A DNA stretch of 64,000 nucleotides from positions 64,001 to 128,000 of the forward strand of contig OZ223266.1 in NCBI GenBank assembly GCA_965140585.1, read 5' to 3'. Each line of letters opens with the position of its first letter. Position 1 is the stretch's first letter. The position numbers and the translations under genes were made by a program. Positions 1 through 9,758 of this stretch are shown piece after piece. The notes beneath the pieces are model-generated. The model did no database searches, was not told the DNA's origin, and worked only from the letters and a program-made list of their open reading frames with translations. This DNA is from Spirochaetia bacterium. Lineage in GTDB: Bacteria > Spirochaetota > Spirochaetia > UBA9216.

Positions 1-663
1 GTTCTGTTTAAAAATCTTTCAGGTAAATATCTAAGCTTAAATGAATATCCGGAAGATAAAATCTATTACGTTTCAGATGAAATACAGCAATCGCATTATA
101 TAAGCATATTCAGGACTGCCGGAATTGAGGCTCTGTACATGACTCATGTAGTTGATCAGCCTTATATTCAAAAGAAAGAGCTTAAGAATGAAAAGCTTAA
201 ATTTTCCCGCATCGATACAGATTTTTTTGAAATCCTTGAAGATAAATCCACCTCACTGAATCCTGATGATAGAGATAAGCTCGAAAATATATTTTCAGAA
301 ATCAGTGAAAAGCATAATCTAAGTTTAAAAATAATATATTTAAAGATCAATACTGTCTCTTCCCTGATAATAACCGATGAAGAAGTTCGGAGAATAAAAA
401 GTACACTTGAACTATATGCTGCGAAAGGTGTGGATGTCTCAAAAATGGGTATGGATCCAAAGCAGATGAAAGACTCTTTATTACTGAATCTTAATAATTC
501 AGTTGTTCGTTATATTCTTGATTGTGATGATGTTGAACTGTCTAAGGAGCTGAGTCGGCATCTTTTTGATCTTGCACGCCTGGCCCAGGAAACTCTTGAA
601 GCTTCAGATATGGATGAGTTTATAAAGCGCAGTAACCGATTTATGGAAATACTTACAAAATAA
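1..663 (+). CDS. htpG: Hsp90 chaperone HtpG, C-terminal part (5' end outside the window)
   Basis: Frame is open from base 1 (…KIYYVSDEIQQSHYISIF…VDQPYIQ…FSRID…). It contains EEVRRIK and LLLNLNN and ends HLFDLARLAQ…FIKRSN, typical of the HtpG C-terminus. Confidence 0.8.
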   Translation, partial: VLFKNLSGKYLSLNEYPEDKIYYVSDEIQQSHYISIFRTAGIEALYMTHVVDQPYIQKKELKNEKLKFSRIDTDFFEILEDKSTSLNPDDRDKLENIFSEISEKHNLSLKIIYLKINTVSSLIITDEEVRRIKSTLELYAAKGVDVSKMGMDPKQMKDSLLLNLNNSVVRYILDCDDVELSKELSRHLFDLARLAQETLEASDMDEFIKRSNRFMEILTK

Positions 664-676
664 GGAAGAAGAAAAT

Positions 677-1220
677 ATGAAAGATAAGGTAATATTCACT
701 GCCGCCCTGACCGGGGCTGTGACACCTAAGGAAAAGAATCCTAATATACTCTTAACACCGGATGAATAGCAAAAGATGCTTATGAATGCTGGCAGGCAGG
801 CGCAGCGGTTGTTTATATCCATATGCGTGATGAAAACGGTATAGGAACTATGGATGCTGACAGGTTTGAACAAACGGCAAAGTTGATAAGAGAGCGCTAT
901 GATGTAGTTGTCAATATGACGACTTCAGGCGACCACCGGGCTTCTGATGCTCAGCGTATGCTGCATATCGATAGATTGGCTCCTGAAATAGCCTCATTTG
1001 ACGCAGGATCTTATAACTGGATGCCTTCAGGAGTCTTTATGAATTCTCCTCAGTTTCTGGAAAAACTCGGGAAGCTGATGATTGAAAAAAAGTAAAGCCT
1101 GAAATTGAGGTATTTGACAGCGGTATGATGGATATTGCCAATTATTATGTAGAGAAGGGGATTCTTCAGGGTTCTTTGCATTTTCAGTTTGTCCTGGGAT
1201 TTCTTGGGGCGCAGCGGTGA
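677..1220 (+). pseudogene. 3-keto-5-aminohexanoate cleavage enzyme family (BKACE/DUF849), frameshifted and truncated
   Basis: MKDKVIFTAALTGAVTPKEKNPN…; frameshift near 766; then AYECWQAGAAVVYIHMRD…PEIASFDAGSYN; second frameshift near 1090; then KPEIEVFDSGM…FQFVLG. The C-terminal third is missing. Confidence 0.85.
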
Positions 1221-1261
1221 ACGACAGCATGTATATTGTTGTTCCATCATTTGCTGCACAG

Positions 1262-1588
1262 TACGGATTTAATCCCGGTGTTTTAAGTTCCCTGGGAACT
1301 CTGGGCGGTATTATAGGGCTTATGCTGATGGCGTCGCTTACAGCAGATTTGTTTGGAACTTAATATCTCAATATTAACTATGGTTTTGTTTACATTGCAT
1401 ATCCTTTTGCAGGGCTAATAAGCCCCAGGCTCGCTGCTTATGCAAGCGATAGGAATAATGGCGATTTTTCTTTTGCTTTTCTAATGGTTGGGTCTATCGC
1501 CGTTATTGGATTGCTTCTGTCTGTCATTATAAGCGTAAATCAGAAGGAAAAGAATAAAAAATTAACAGGTGTAAAAAATGAGTGCTAA
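1262..1588 (+). pseudogene. MFS transporter (OFA-like), C-terminal remnant
   Basis: Translates as …ASLTADLFGT*YLNINYGFVYIAYPFAGLISPRLAAY…FSFAF…, the last helices of OFA-type MFS proteins. In-frame TAA at 1361-1363; no N-terminal part. Confidence 0.7.
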
Positions 1589-2530
1589 AAATATTTTCGT
1601 AATAAATAATGGATCTACTTCCTGTAAAATTGCTTTGTTTGAAGATAAAAAACTTAAGGTTCAAGAAGAACTGTTTATTGATTCAGATTCGATCCGAGGT
1701 ATGAAGCTTGTTATTGATCAGCTGGATATGCGGACGGCGTTGGTAAAGGATTTTCTTGAGAAGGAGAATATTGATTCTTCAACATTTGATATTATTGTGA
1801 CCAGAGGCGGGACTATTCCTCCAAGTAAGGCCGGGGCGTATGCAGTGAATGCTCTTATGCTTAACACCCTCCGGTATGCTCCCATGGCCCAGCATGCAAG
1901 CTGGCTTTCCTGCATGATCGGAATGGAACTGGCAAGACCATTTAGAACACCGGTAATTATCTACGATGCCCCAGGCTCAGATGAATTTGATCCGAAAGCA
2001 AAAATTACCGGTCTGCCCGAGGTTACAATAGTGCCGGTAAGTCATGTGCTTAACATCAGGAAGGTTGCACGGGAAGTTGCTGAACGGCTGAAGCTGCCAT
2101 ACGAAGACGGCAATTTTATCGTTGCCCATCTTGGCGGCGGGATATCAATAAATATTCATAAGCAGGGCAGGATTGTGGACTCTGTCTATGATGATATGGG
2201 GCCGATGTCTCCCCAGCGTGCCGGAAGAATTCCAACCCGGTTTATGACTAAACTCTGCTACAGCGGAAAATTCACAGAAGCGGAGATGAAAAGACATCAG
2301 GCTGGCGAGGGCGGTTTAACCGCCTGGTTCGGTACCCAGGATTTGAGAAAAATTGAGAAACTGATTGATGATGGTAATGAAACGGCAAAGCTTGTATATG
2401 AGGCCATGACCTACCAGATCGCAAAGGGGATTGGAGAGCTCGCTCCGGTTGTAAACGGAAAAATTGATGCTGTTATTCTAACCGGAGGATGCGCCTGGAG
2501 CGAAAAGTTCACAAAACAGATTGCCGAAAG
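1578..2530 (+). pseudogene. buk: Butyrate/branched-chain acyl kinase lacking its C-terminus, joined in frame to a Ptb fragment (ORF 1578..2912)
   Basis: INNGSTSCKIA, TRGG, HASWL, VAHLGGGISI, GPMSPQRAG and ILTGG motifs. The C-terminal PGE-containing segment is absent. Confidence 0.85.
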
Positions 2531-3181
2531 TGCTCATGTTCTTGAGGGCGTATTCGATTCTGCCGGACATGGGATAGTTTATCCTGTTTTGATCGGGGAC
2601 AGTTTAGAAATAAAAGCTTTGATGAACAGGCTTGGATATTCAAATGAGCTCTGCCGAATTGTTGATTGTCCTGATGATAAACAACAGAGTGAAAAAGCGG
2701 TTGAACTGATAAACTCCGGTGAAGGTGATTTTTTGATGAAAGGACTTGTAGAAACAATAGATTTCTTGAAATCCGTCGTTAATAAGTCAAATAATCTTAC
2801 AACCGGTCAGGTAATGTCTCATAGGGCATTTGGTGAGTTTCCGGGATATCCCAAGTTTCTGGGACTGTCAGATGGAGTAAAGCAGGAGGACTTAACGGAT
2901 GTGAACTGGTAGGCCCGATTGCCTACGACCTGGCGTTGAGTTGTGAAGCCGCCGATATTAAGGGATATGAATGTGAACACAGCGGCAACTTTGATGCTCT
3001 GATTGTTCCTGATATTATCACCGGTAATTCGCTTGGAAAATGCTGGGGCCTGGTTCTCGGAGGTGAAATGTGCGGAATGCTTGTTGGCGCAAAGATCCCG
3101 ATTGCCTTATCGACCCGAAGCGCAAGCAAGGTTGATAAGTTCCGATCATTGGCACTATGTGCTGCGACATGTGGCGATTAG
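2525..3181 (+). pseudogene. ptb: Phosphate butyryltransferase with N-terminal and internal deletions
   Basis: ESAHVLEGV…PVLIGD…AVELINSGEGDFLMKGLVET…MSH…LSDG; frame change near 2878; then GCELVGPIAYDLALSCEAADIKG…DALIVPDIITGNSLGK…VGAKIPIALSTRS. Confidence 0.85.
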
Positions 3182-3187
3182 TAAACT

Positions 3188-3465
3188 CTACAACTCATAT
3201 ATTTCCAGTGGAAGCTCATCAGGGTCTTTGAAAAAGGTAAATCTCCTGCCGGTATACTCATCAATGCGTATACTTTCAACCACGATACCGTTTTCAATCA
3301 GATATGCTGATGTTTCTTCCACAGATTCAACCACAAATGCCAGATGACGTAATCCCCTTGCCTCCGGATAACTCGGCCGTGCCGGTGGGTCGGGAAAAGA
3401 AAACAATTCTATACGGGTATTGTCCGGCAGTTTAAGATCCAGCTTGTATGAAGTCCTTTCAGCAT
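3188..3465 (-). pseudogene. VOC/glyoxalase family protein (YwkD/YaeR-like) with an internal deletion
   Basis: SYKLDL…IELFSFPDPPARPSYPEARGLRHLAF…FTFFKDPDELPLEIYE. The RBS-preceded ATG at 3465 is out of frame with this and the N-terminal segment is missing. Confidence 0.8.
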
Positions 3466-3475
3466 ATTAATTCCT

Positions 3476-4686
3476 TTATGCGGGTTTTTCAGTGAGCCAG
3501 AGGGGTAAATGTTTATGTTCGATACCGTTGCGGCTTAAATCAATCGGGTCCATACTTAAAACAAATTTGGGATAGTTATCCTCTATAATTTCGAGCGGCC
3601 TGAACTCCCTTTCTATTGTCTCGGGTGATGAAAGCAGATAACAAACCTGTATATATATCCTTGAATTGTTTTTTTCAGCAACAAAATCAATTTCATAATT
3701 TCCGATGTATCCGACAGTAATAGTGTAATGTCTTCTTCTAAGTTCTATATAGACAATGTTTTCCAGCAGAGAGCCTATATCCTGTGTTTTTCTGCGAGGT
3801 ACGGTATTCCTGAGTCCGTGATCATTAACGAATATCTTCTCGTTAATCTCAAGAATTCTTCTGTCTCTCAGATCATGGCGTTTTACATGATGGATTACAA
3901 AACAGGATTCCAGATATGAAGCGTAGTTCTGAGTGGTTTCCACTCCTACTGCTATTTTTTGAGATTTACAGTAATCAGCTATACGTTTAGCGGTGAAAAG
4001 GTTGCTGATATTATCAAAAAAGTAATAAATAATTTTTTCAAGAAGTGCTGTATTACGGATGGAATATCTTTCAATGATGTCTTTAAGCACAATGGTATTA
4101 TGGATAGAATCGATAATCTGTATTTTAACAGTTTCTTCGTCTGCGATATGATAAAGTACCGGCAATCCTCCATAGATTAGATAATTTTGGAAAATCTCCT
4201 GAGCGTGTTTTTGCCCGGTGATTGACAGGTGCTCATTATATGAAAAAGGTAGAATTTCCAATTGAACATACCTTCCGCTTAGCCTTGTTGCAAGTTCCCC
4301 CGAAAGTAATTCTGAATTTGCCCCTGTTATATAAATGTCCCAGTCTTTCTCTTTGTGGGGGCTGCTATTACCTTTTCCCATTCGCTGATATTCTGGATTT
4401 CATCAATCAGCAGGAATTTGTATCCGGATAAAGCCTGAAAGGGCTTTAATTTTTCTACTAAGTCTTTGTGGTCTGTTAATTCGATATTCTCAAGTGAGTC
4501 ACATTCCAGGAAAATACAGTTCTCAACTGCAACGACGCTGCTTTCGATAACGAAATCAGCCCATTGTCGTAAGATTGTACTTTTTCCGGTTCGTCTCATC
4601 CCTGTGATAACTTTAATAACCGGAGTTTTTATCCAGGATTTGAGTTGATTAAAGTAATCAGTACGGATTATTTCTGTTTCTTTCAT
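3476..4686 (-). CDS. AAA+ ATPase (AAA_14 plus DUF4143) split by one frameshift near 4360
   Basis: Walker A GMRRTGKST and Walker B LLIDEIQ in ORF 4327..4686. It continues IYITGANS…LSGRY…YGGLP…LLENIVY…EIDFV in ORF 3476..4381. Confidence 0.85.
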
Positions 4687-4925
4687 ACAGAAACAATTTT
4701 AACATATATGTTCTATTTTCCCCATACAGAAAATATTTCTACAGACAATACACAAATTTTGTTCACAGAATTCACACATTTAGAAATTATATTATGTACA
4801 TAATACTATTTAACCTGGTAACAGGTTCACTTCCCCCGTAGAAGGGATTTGGACAAGTGGTCTTTCCATGGGTATTTTTTTGCTATTTCGATTATTTGAA
4901 TTAGATAAGGTAGATAGATTAAGTA

Positions 4926-5480
4926 TTATCCCAGGATTCTTCTGGTCATTTCTTCGAGAGGAATATCATTGATGCCAAGGCTTGCTTGAATGAAAACACC
5001 GTCAAGGCAGGCAAGGATCAGTTCAGCAAGTATATCCTTGTCGGGGTCGTCCTCCACAAGTCGTCCAAGACCTTCTTTTACAGCCTTTTTCCAGTCGAGG
5101 TATATTTCACGGACTCTTTCCGCGGCCGCATCATTCCCTGAAATCCCGTCATAAATCAGATAAAGGTGGAGCCTTCCTCTTTTGCTGGCCCTTGTCAGAA
5201 GGCTGTATACAGCCTGAAGTATCTTTTCGGGCGGCAGGCCTCCCTTCATGGCTCCGACCCATCTTATGATGTCCTCGGTGAGCCTTCGCATGTGCCTTGT
5301 TGTAATTTCAAATATGAGTTCAGACTTGGTTGGATAGTAGTAATAGAGCGTCCCCTTGCTTATACCGCTTTCTTTTGCAATGTCAGAGAGGCTTGTATTC
5401 TCGGCCCCCTGCCGGATAATGAGATGAGCAGCAGCGCTGATGATTTTTTCACGGGTTTTTGCCGAGTCGGCATTCTTCAT
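4926..5480 (-). CDS. TetR/AcrR family transcriptional regulator
   Basis: HTH TSLSDIAKESGISKGTLYYYYPTKSEL. Start placed at MKNADS. Confidence 0.9.
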   Translation of the reverse strand: MKNADSAKTREKIISAAAHLIIRQGAENTSLSDIAKESGISKGTLYYYYPTKSELIFEITTRHMRRLTEDIIRWVGAMKGGLPPEKILQAVYSLLTRASKRGRLHLYLIYDGISGNDAAAERVREIYLDWKKAVKEGLGRLVEDDPDKDILAELILACLDGVFIQASLGINDIPLEEMTRRILG

Positions 5481-5570
5481 TTTACCCAAGGTACTTTCTC
5501 CATGTCTGAGCTGTGCACACATTATAACGCTTTTGGAGGTAAGCGTGAATCGTTTTTTTTATTTTGGGTA

Positions 5571-6371
5571 TCAGGAGCTTGTAATCTTGCCTATGCTGCC
5601 CGGATCGTTTTGTCTGATTATCTCCGGAATCTGCCCTGCCGCGGCCATTTTATCATCCTTGAACAAAAGAACCCCCAAAATTCCCTCAATTGCGGAAATC
5701 TGCTCGGCAGCGGGCTTAAGGTCTTCTGATGTTTTTACCAGATTGGCAGCTGCTGTAGCTGTTGCATCCGCGAGTGAGCCGCTTTTTGATATGACAGTTG
5801 CAAGATCGCAGTTCCCTATACTTGCAGAATGCCCCATTAGTGATGATGATGAACAGACTGAGACCGGAAGGTCAGCGGATGGTATTTTAAGTGCGAGATT
5901 TTTAAAAGGTGAGCGGGGGCCTGAAAACAGACTAATGATGATTGATTCAGGTTCATTTGCAACGGCAACGGGAACTTCCGCCGTCTGTATGAATATATCG
6001 CCGCCGTTTTCAATAATGACCTCCTTGAGGCCGCTTGCTGAATGCTTTTGAAATACAGCTTCAGCTGCCATCTGGGCTATGGTTCCGGCCACTGCCGCCA
6101 TTGGACCGACACCTGCATGTTTAGCAGCCGCTGCCATTCTTTTTGCGGCTTCAGGCGCATCCGGAGAGGCCTCCACAGGTGAAAATGAGGATAGAAAGAT
6201 ACGGTCGGTTTTAATATATTCTTCAAGATCCTCTCTGAGCCCGGTTATTATGCTGCTGAGTTCGTTGTACAATTTTTCCGTATGTTCTGTCTGCAGCGTT
6301 CCTGTCTGTCCGAATCTGAGTGATATACGGTATGATGCATCCCTGAACCTGAAGGTTCTGAATTCTCTCAT
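5571..6371 (-). CDS. UPF0280/COG2122 ApbE-like protein (sulfide assimilation associated)
   Basis: AGVGPMAAVAG, VIIENGGDIF, CSSS…GHS.S.G..D and LADATATAAAN motifs. Confidence 0.85.
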   Translation of the reverse strand: MREFRTFRFRDASYRISLRFGQTGTLQTEHTEKLYNELSSIITGLREDLEEYIKTDRIFLSSFSPVEASPDAPEAAKRMAAAAKHAGVGPMAAVAGTIAQMAAEAVFQKHSASGLKEVIIENGGDIFIQTAEVPVAVANEPESIIISLFSGPRSPFKNLALKIPSADLPVSVCSSSSLMGHSASIGNCDLATVISKSGSLADATATAAANLVKTSEDLKPAAEQISAIEGILGVLLFKDDKMAAAGQIPEIIRQNDPGSIGKITSS

Positions 6372-6373
6372 CT

Positions 6374-6799
6374 TTAGAATATAGAACTGCAGGCTCCGAA
6401 GGGACAGTTTCGTATGCAGCTCAGGCACTCAATGCATTTATCGCGATGAAAATCAATCGCTCTTGAACGATCCTGTACCACATACAGGGCTCCGGTGGGG
6501 CAGTGGGGAACACAGTTTCCGCATCCGGTACACTTGTCCTTATCCCATAGAAGACTGTTTTCGGTGAGGTTGATTTCAACATTGCATGAGCGGATGAACT
6601 CAAAACCCTGGTCTATCTGGTCCTCGGTTCCTTTCACATCAATTGCAATGTAGCCTTCTTCATTCGGTGTAACTCTTGCCCGGTAAATGTTAATTTCAAG
6701 GTCGTATTTTCTAATAAGGCCGGTAATTATCGGCTGACCGGATACAAACTTCGGAAAGCTCAGTATTACTCTTCTGGTTATTTCTCCGGCTGTGCTCAT
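6374..6799 (-). CDS. NIL domain plus 2x[4Fe-4S] ferredoxin (aspartate-semialdehyde sulfurtransferase Fe-S subunit)
   Basis: N-terminal NIL domain (QPIITGLIRKYDLEINIYRA), with CTGCGNCVPHCP and CIECLSCIRNCP motifs. Confidence 0.9.
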   Translation of the reverse strand: MSTAGEITRRVILSFPKFVSGQPIITGLIRKYDLEINIYRARVTPNEEGYIAIDVKGTEDQIDQGFEFIRSCNVEINLTENSLLWDKDKCTGCGNCVPHCPTGALYVVQDRSRAIDFHRDKCIECLSCIRNCPFGACSSIF

Positions 6800-7992
6800 T
6801 TCTTCTCTCCCTGTGCTCTGACATCCAGTGGGCTCATCCCCTGATTCACCGGCAGCTGCCTGAAGGGCTTGCTGAGATTGAAGTCTCCCTTACGAATTTC
6901 CTCTTTCAGAAGTTCGGCAATCTTGAGTGCTTTTGAATATGAGGACATTGAGCCGGTTGCAACCTTCTTTCCGTTTAAATCAACGGTTCCGCTTCTAAGG
7001 TCGGCATATGACAGTCTTCCAAGTATGTCTCCGCGCCTTTCAGGATATGATGATGAATAGTCAATTACTTCGGCAAATATTTCGCTGTCGCGTACACAGC
7101 ACTGCCTGAGAACTTCCTTATCAAGTACAGGAATCGGAATCCCCACTCCGAGAGCGAGTGATACTCCATAGCCCTTGAGGCTGACGCCCCTGACGAACTC
7201 TGGATTCATCTCCTTCATGTTTCCGGTAAGAGCCAGAGTTCCGGCACCCTCCATGGGAACACCGTTTTCCCCTCTCTGGCAGGATGAAGCGTGCTGGGTC
7301 CCCTCAGAGTACACGTGTCCGTGAGCGCCTGCAAGCCAGATGCTTGTACCCACTCCGATTGTCCGGTAGAGAGGGTCGTTAAGCAGCGGTGAAAGCTGTC
7401 CGGCCGAGCAGTATGTAAGGTTTTTCATGTTCGGTCTAAGCTCACCCAGATATGTATAAATGGGCTTGTCGGAACAATTGATTGCCACATTGTAGTTCTG
7501 GTAGCAGTTCCGGGGATTAGTCATTATAGCCTGGTTAAGATCATCTATTGTGAAATATGTTCTTATCTCTTTAAGCGGATATTCATCAGTCCCGTAACTG
7601 AGTGCAAACAGCTGAAGCTCCTCACCTGCCACAAGTTTTTCAATAACGTGGCCTCCGCCGTAGAAAAAGTCGCCGGGATAGTACATGTTTGCAGGATCGT
7701 TGTGCCGAAGCTGGGTTGCCCCGAGGTATACATCAACTGCTGCAATACCTGCATATGCCATGACATCATCAATCCAGACTTCAGTCATACGCATCTTCGG
7801 CTTTGAGTGTCCGAAGTTTAGAAAACACCCTGAAGAGCACATCGGTCCGAATGTTGCTGTGGTAACTACATCTATTTCAGCAGCGGCCTCATCAAGACCC
7901 TTTCTGTCGACGTAGTCCATAACTTCATCTGCCGTAAGGACTACCGCCTTTCCCGACTCTATTCTTTGGTTGATCTCATCGTATGTTTTCAT
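6796..7992 (-). CDS. Homocysteine biosynthesis protein / L-aspartate-semialdehyde sulfurtransferase (DUF39, COG1900), without CBS domains
   Basis: KTYDEIN.RI..GKAVVLTA, DVVTTATFGPMCSSG, YGGGHVIE, NPRNCYQNY, GQLSPLLNDP and GTQH motifs. Confidence 0.9.
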   Translation of the reverse strand: MKTYDEINQRIESGKAVVLTADEVMDYVDRKGLDEAAAEIDVVTTATFGPMCSSGCFLNFGHSKPKMRMTEVWIDDVMAYAGIAAVDVYLGATQLRHNDPANMYYPGDFFYGGGHVIEKLVAGEELQLFALSYGTDEYPLKEIRTYFTIDDLNQAIMTNPRNCYQNYNVAINCSDKPIYTYLGELRPNMKNLTYCSAGQLSPLLNDPLYRTIGVGTSIWLAGAHGHVYSEGTQHASSCQRGENGVPMEGAGTLALTGNMKEMNPEFVRGVSLKGYGVSLALGVGIPIPVLDKEVLRQCCVRDSEIFAEVIDYSSSYPERRGDILGRLSYADLRSGTVDLNGKKVATGSMSSYSKALKIAELLKEEIRKGDFNLSKPFRQLPVNQGMSPLDVRAQGEKK

Positions 7993-8082
7993 GAATCTGA
8001 GCGTAAACCATTGTATTATTTATTTCAAGAGATGCCCGAAAATGCTTGCAATTAAGCGCTAAAAAATACAAAATATAATTGT

Positions 8083-8487
8083 ATGATCGGTTTGAAAGCG
8101 GACGGCACTCCGTATAAAGTACTGGTAGTTGATGACTCTCTTTTTGTGCAGAACCAGATAAAGAAACTGCTGGAAGCTGAAGGATTTGAGGTTATCGGAG
8201 TTGCCTCACACGGCAAGGAAGCTGTTGAGAAATATGAAGCCTTTTTTCCTGATATCGATCTTGTCACAATGGATATTACAATGCCGGGCATGCACGGAGT
8301 TGAAGCTCTGAAGGAAATCCGTAAAATCAATCCGGAAGCCTGCGTGGTTATTGTAAGTGCACTGGGAAAGAGCGATCTTATGAAGGAAGCCTTCCTCAAT
8401 GGAGCCGTACACTACATTGTAAAACCGCTTAAGCGGGAAGAAATGATAAAAACCCTTACCTATGCCCTGGGGACCATGGTCAGCTGA
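8083..8487 (+). CDS. cheY: CheY-like single-domain response regulator
   Basis: VLVVDDS…DLVTMDITMP…SALG…YIVKP. The N-terminal DGTPYKVL resembles spirochaete CheY proteins. Confidence 0.8.
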   Translation: MIGLKADGTPYKVLVVDDSLFVQNQIKKLLEAEGFEVIGVASHGKEAVEKYEAFFPDIDLVTMDITMPGMHGVEALKEIRKINPEACVVIVSALGKSDLMKEAFLNGAVHYIVKPLKREEMIKTLTYALGTMVS

Positions 8488-8507
8488 AAATAAGATTCTT
8501 GAAGTTA

Positions 8508-9758
8508 TTATTTATCTGATGATTTTTTATACTTCTCAAGTCTTCCGGAAACCTCCGGACTGCAGACAACGGTTATTTCAACTCCCTCATCCTGATGCTT
8601 TTCTTCAATAATCTCGCTGTTCTCATGCAGATAGGCTGCGGCCCTGTAGTCTGAAAATGGAATTACAAACACGCTTTTTTCCCTTGTTTCGGCCACAATT
8701 GCGTCAATCTCAGCAAGTAGATTTTCTATACCTGTTTTTTCCTTTACAGAACAGTTCACCGTTTTTTCTGACTGTCCGCTGATCCTGTTCAGCCCGAACA
8801 TAAAGGCTTCGTCGTCAATATCGAGCAGATCCATCTTGTTAAAGACAGTTATCATCCGTTTGTCTTTTGCCCCTATCTCGGCAAGAGTCTTGACTGTAGT
8901 TTCAAAATGGTTTGCGGCCTCCGGATCCGATGCGTCGACTACGTTTATCAGAAGGTCTGCGAGCACCGCCTCTTCCAAGGTTGAATGAAAGGCCTGAACC
9001 AGTTTATGAGGCAGATCTCTTATAAAACCGACAGTATCGGTCAGGGTTATAACCGTACCAGACGGCAGCTGAACCATCCTTGTCGTAGGGTCAAGTGTAG
9101 CAAAGAGAAGATCCTCGGAATAGGCATCGGAACCGCTTAACAGATTGAGCATAGAAGATTTTCCGGCATTGGTATAACCGACTATACAGGCTGAAAATAC
9201 TCCCGCTCCCGTACGTCTTGACCGCCGGACTGCGCGCTGCTTTTCAATTTGCGTCAGTTCTCGTTTCATCTTTGCTATCCGGTTAAGAACAATCCTCCGG
9301 TCAACTTCAAGCTGGGTTTCACCCTCTCCCCTGGTTCCGCGCGTGCCTCCGCGCTGCCGAGACAGGTGGGTCCATGCCCGGGTGAGGCGTGGCAGAGAAT
9401 ATTCAAGACGGGCAAGTCCTGTCTGAAGGCTTGCCTCCCTGGTGACAGCCCGCTGTGAGAATATTTCAAGAATTACTTCCTGTCTGTCTATCACACAGAG
9501 ACCGGAAGCCTTTTCCCAGTTTCGCTGCTGAGACGGCGAAAGGGCCATATTGAAAACTATAATATCGGCTTCATTGTCTTCGCAGTATTCCAGAATTTCA
9601 GCAGCCTTTCCCGAACCTATCAGCCATGCGGGATGTCTTGTAGTGTCGGAGACTGTAATGCTGTCAAAGACGTCCATACCGATGGTTGTGACCATCTCAC
9701 TCAGTTCCGCAATGAGGCTGTCGCTGCCTTTTTCTCCGATTATTACTGCTTTTTCCAT
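8508..9758 (-). CDS. hflX: Ribosome-splitting GTPase HflX
   Basis: IGSGK, RGEGETQLEVDRR, VGYTNAGKSS, LFATLDPTTR, DTVGFI and NKMD motifs. Confidence 0.95.
   Translation of the reverse strand: MEKAVIIGEKGSDSLIAELSEMVTTIGMDVFDSITVSDTTRHPAWLIGSGKAAEILEYCEDNEADIIVFNMALSPSQQRNWEKASGLCVIDRQEVILEIFSQRAVTREASLQTGLARLEYSLPRLTRAWTHLSRQRGGTRGTRGEGETQLEVDRRIVLNRIAKMKRELTQIEKQRAVRRSRRTGAGVFSACIVGYTNAGKSSMLNLLSGSDAYSEDLLFATLDPTTRMVQLPSGTVITLTDTVGFIRDLPHKLVQAFHSTLEEAVLADLLINVVDASDPEAANHFETTVKTLAEIGAKDKRMITVFNKMDLLDIDDEAFMFGLNRISGQSEKTVNCSVKEKTGIENLLAEIDAIVAETREKSVFVIPFSDYRAAAYLHENSEIIEEKHQDEGVEITVVCSPEVSGRLEKYKKSSDK

Noticed and set aside
1578-2912. Novel functional Buk-Ptb fusion enzyme
   Set aside because: Both halves lack essential segments and the neighbouring genes are also decayed, so a deletion explains it better.
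3476-4686. AAA+ ATPase as part of a defence system
   Set aside because: It is a common stand-alone AAA_14/DUF4143 type with no partner nuclease or methylase genes nearby.
5166-6384. Plus-strand ORFs of 187, 203 and 101 aa
   Set aside because: They are antisense to the well-supported tetR and UPF0280 genes.
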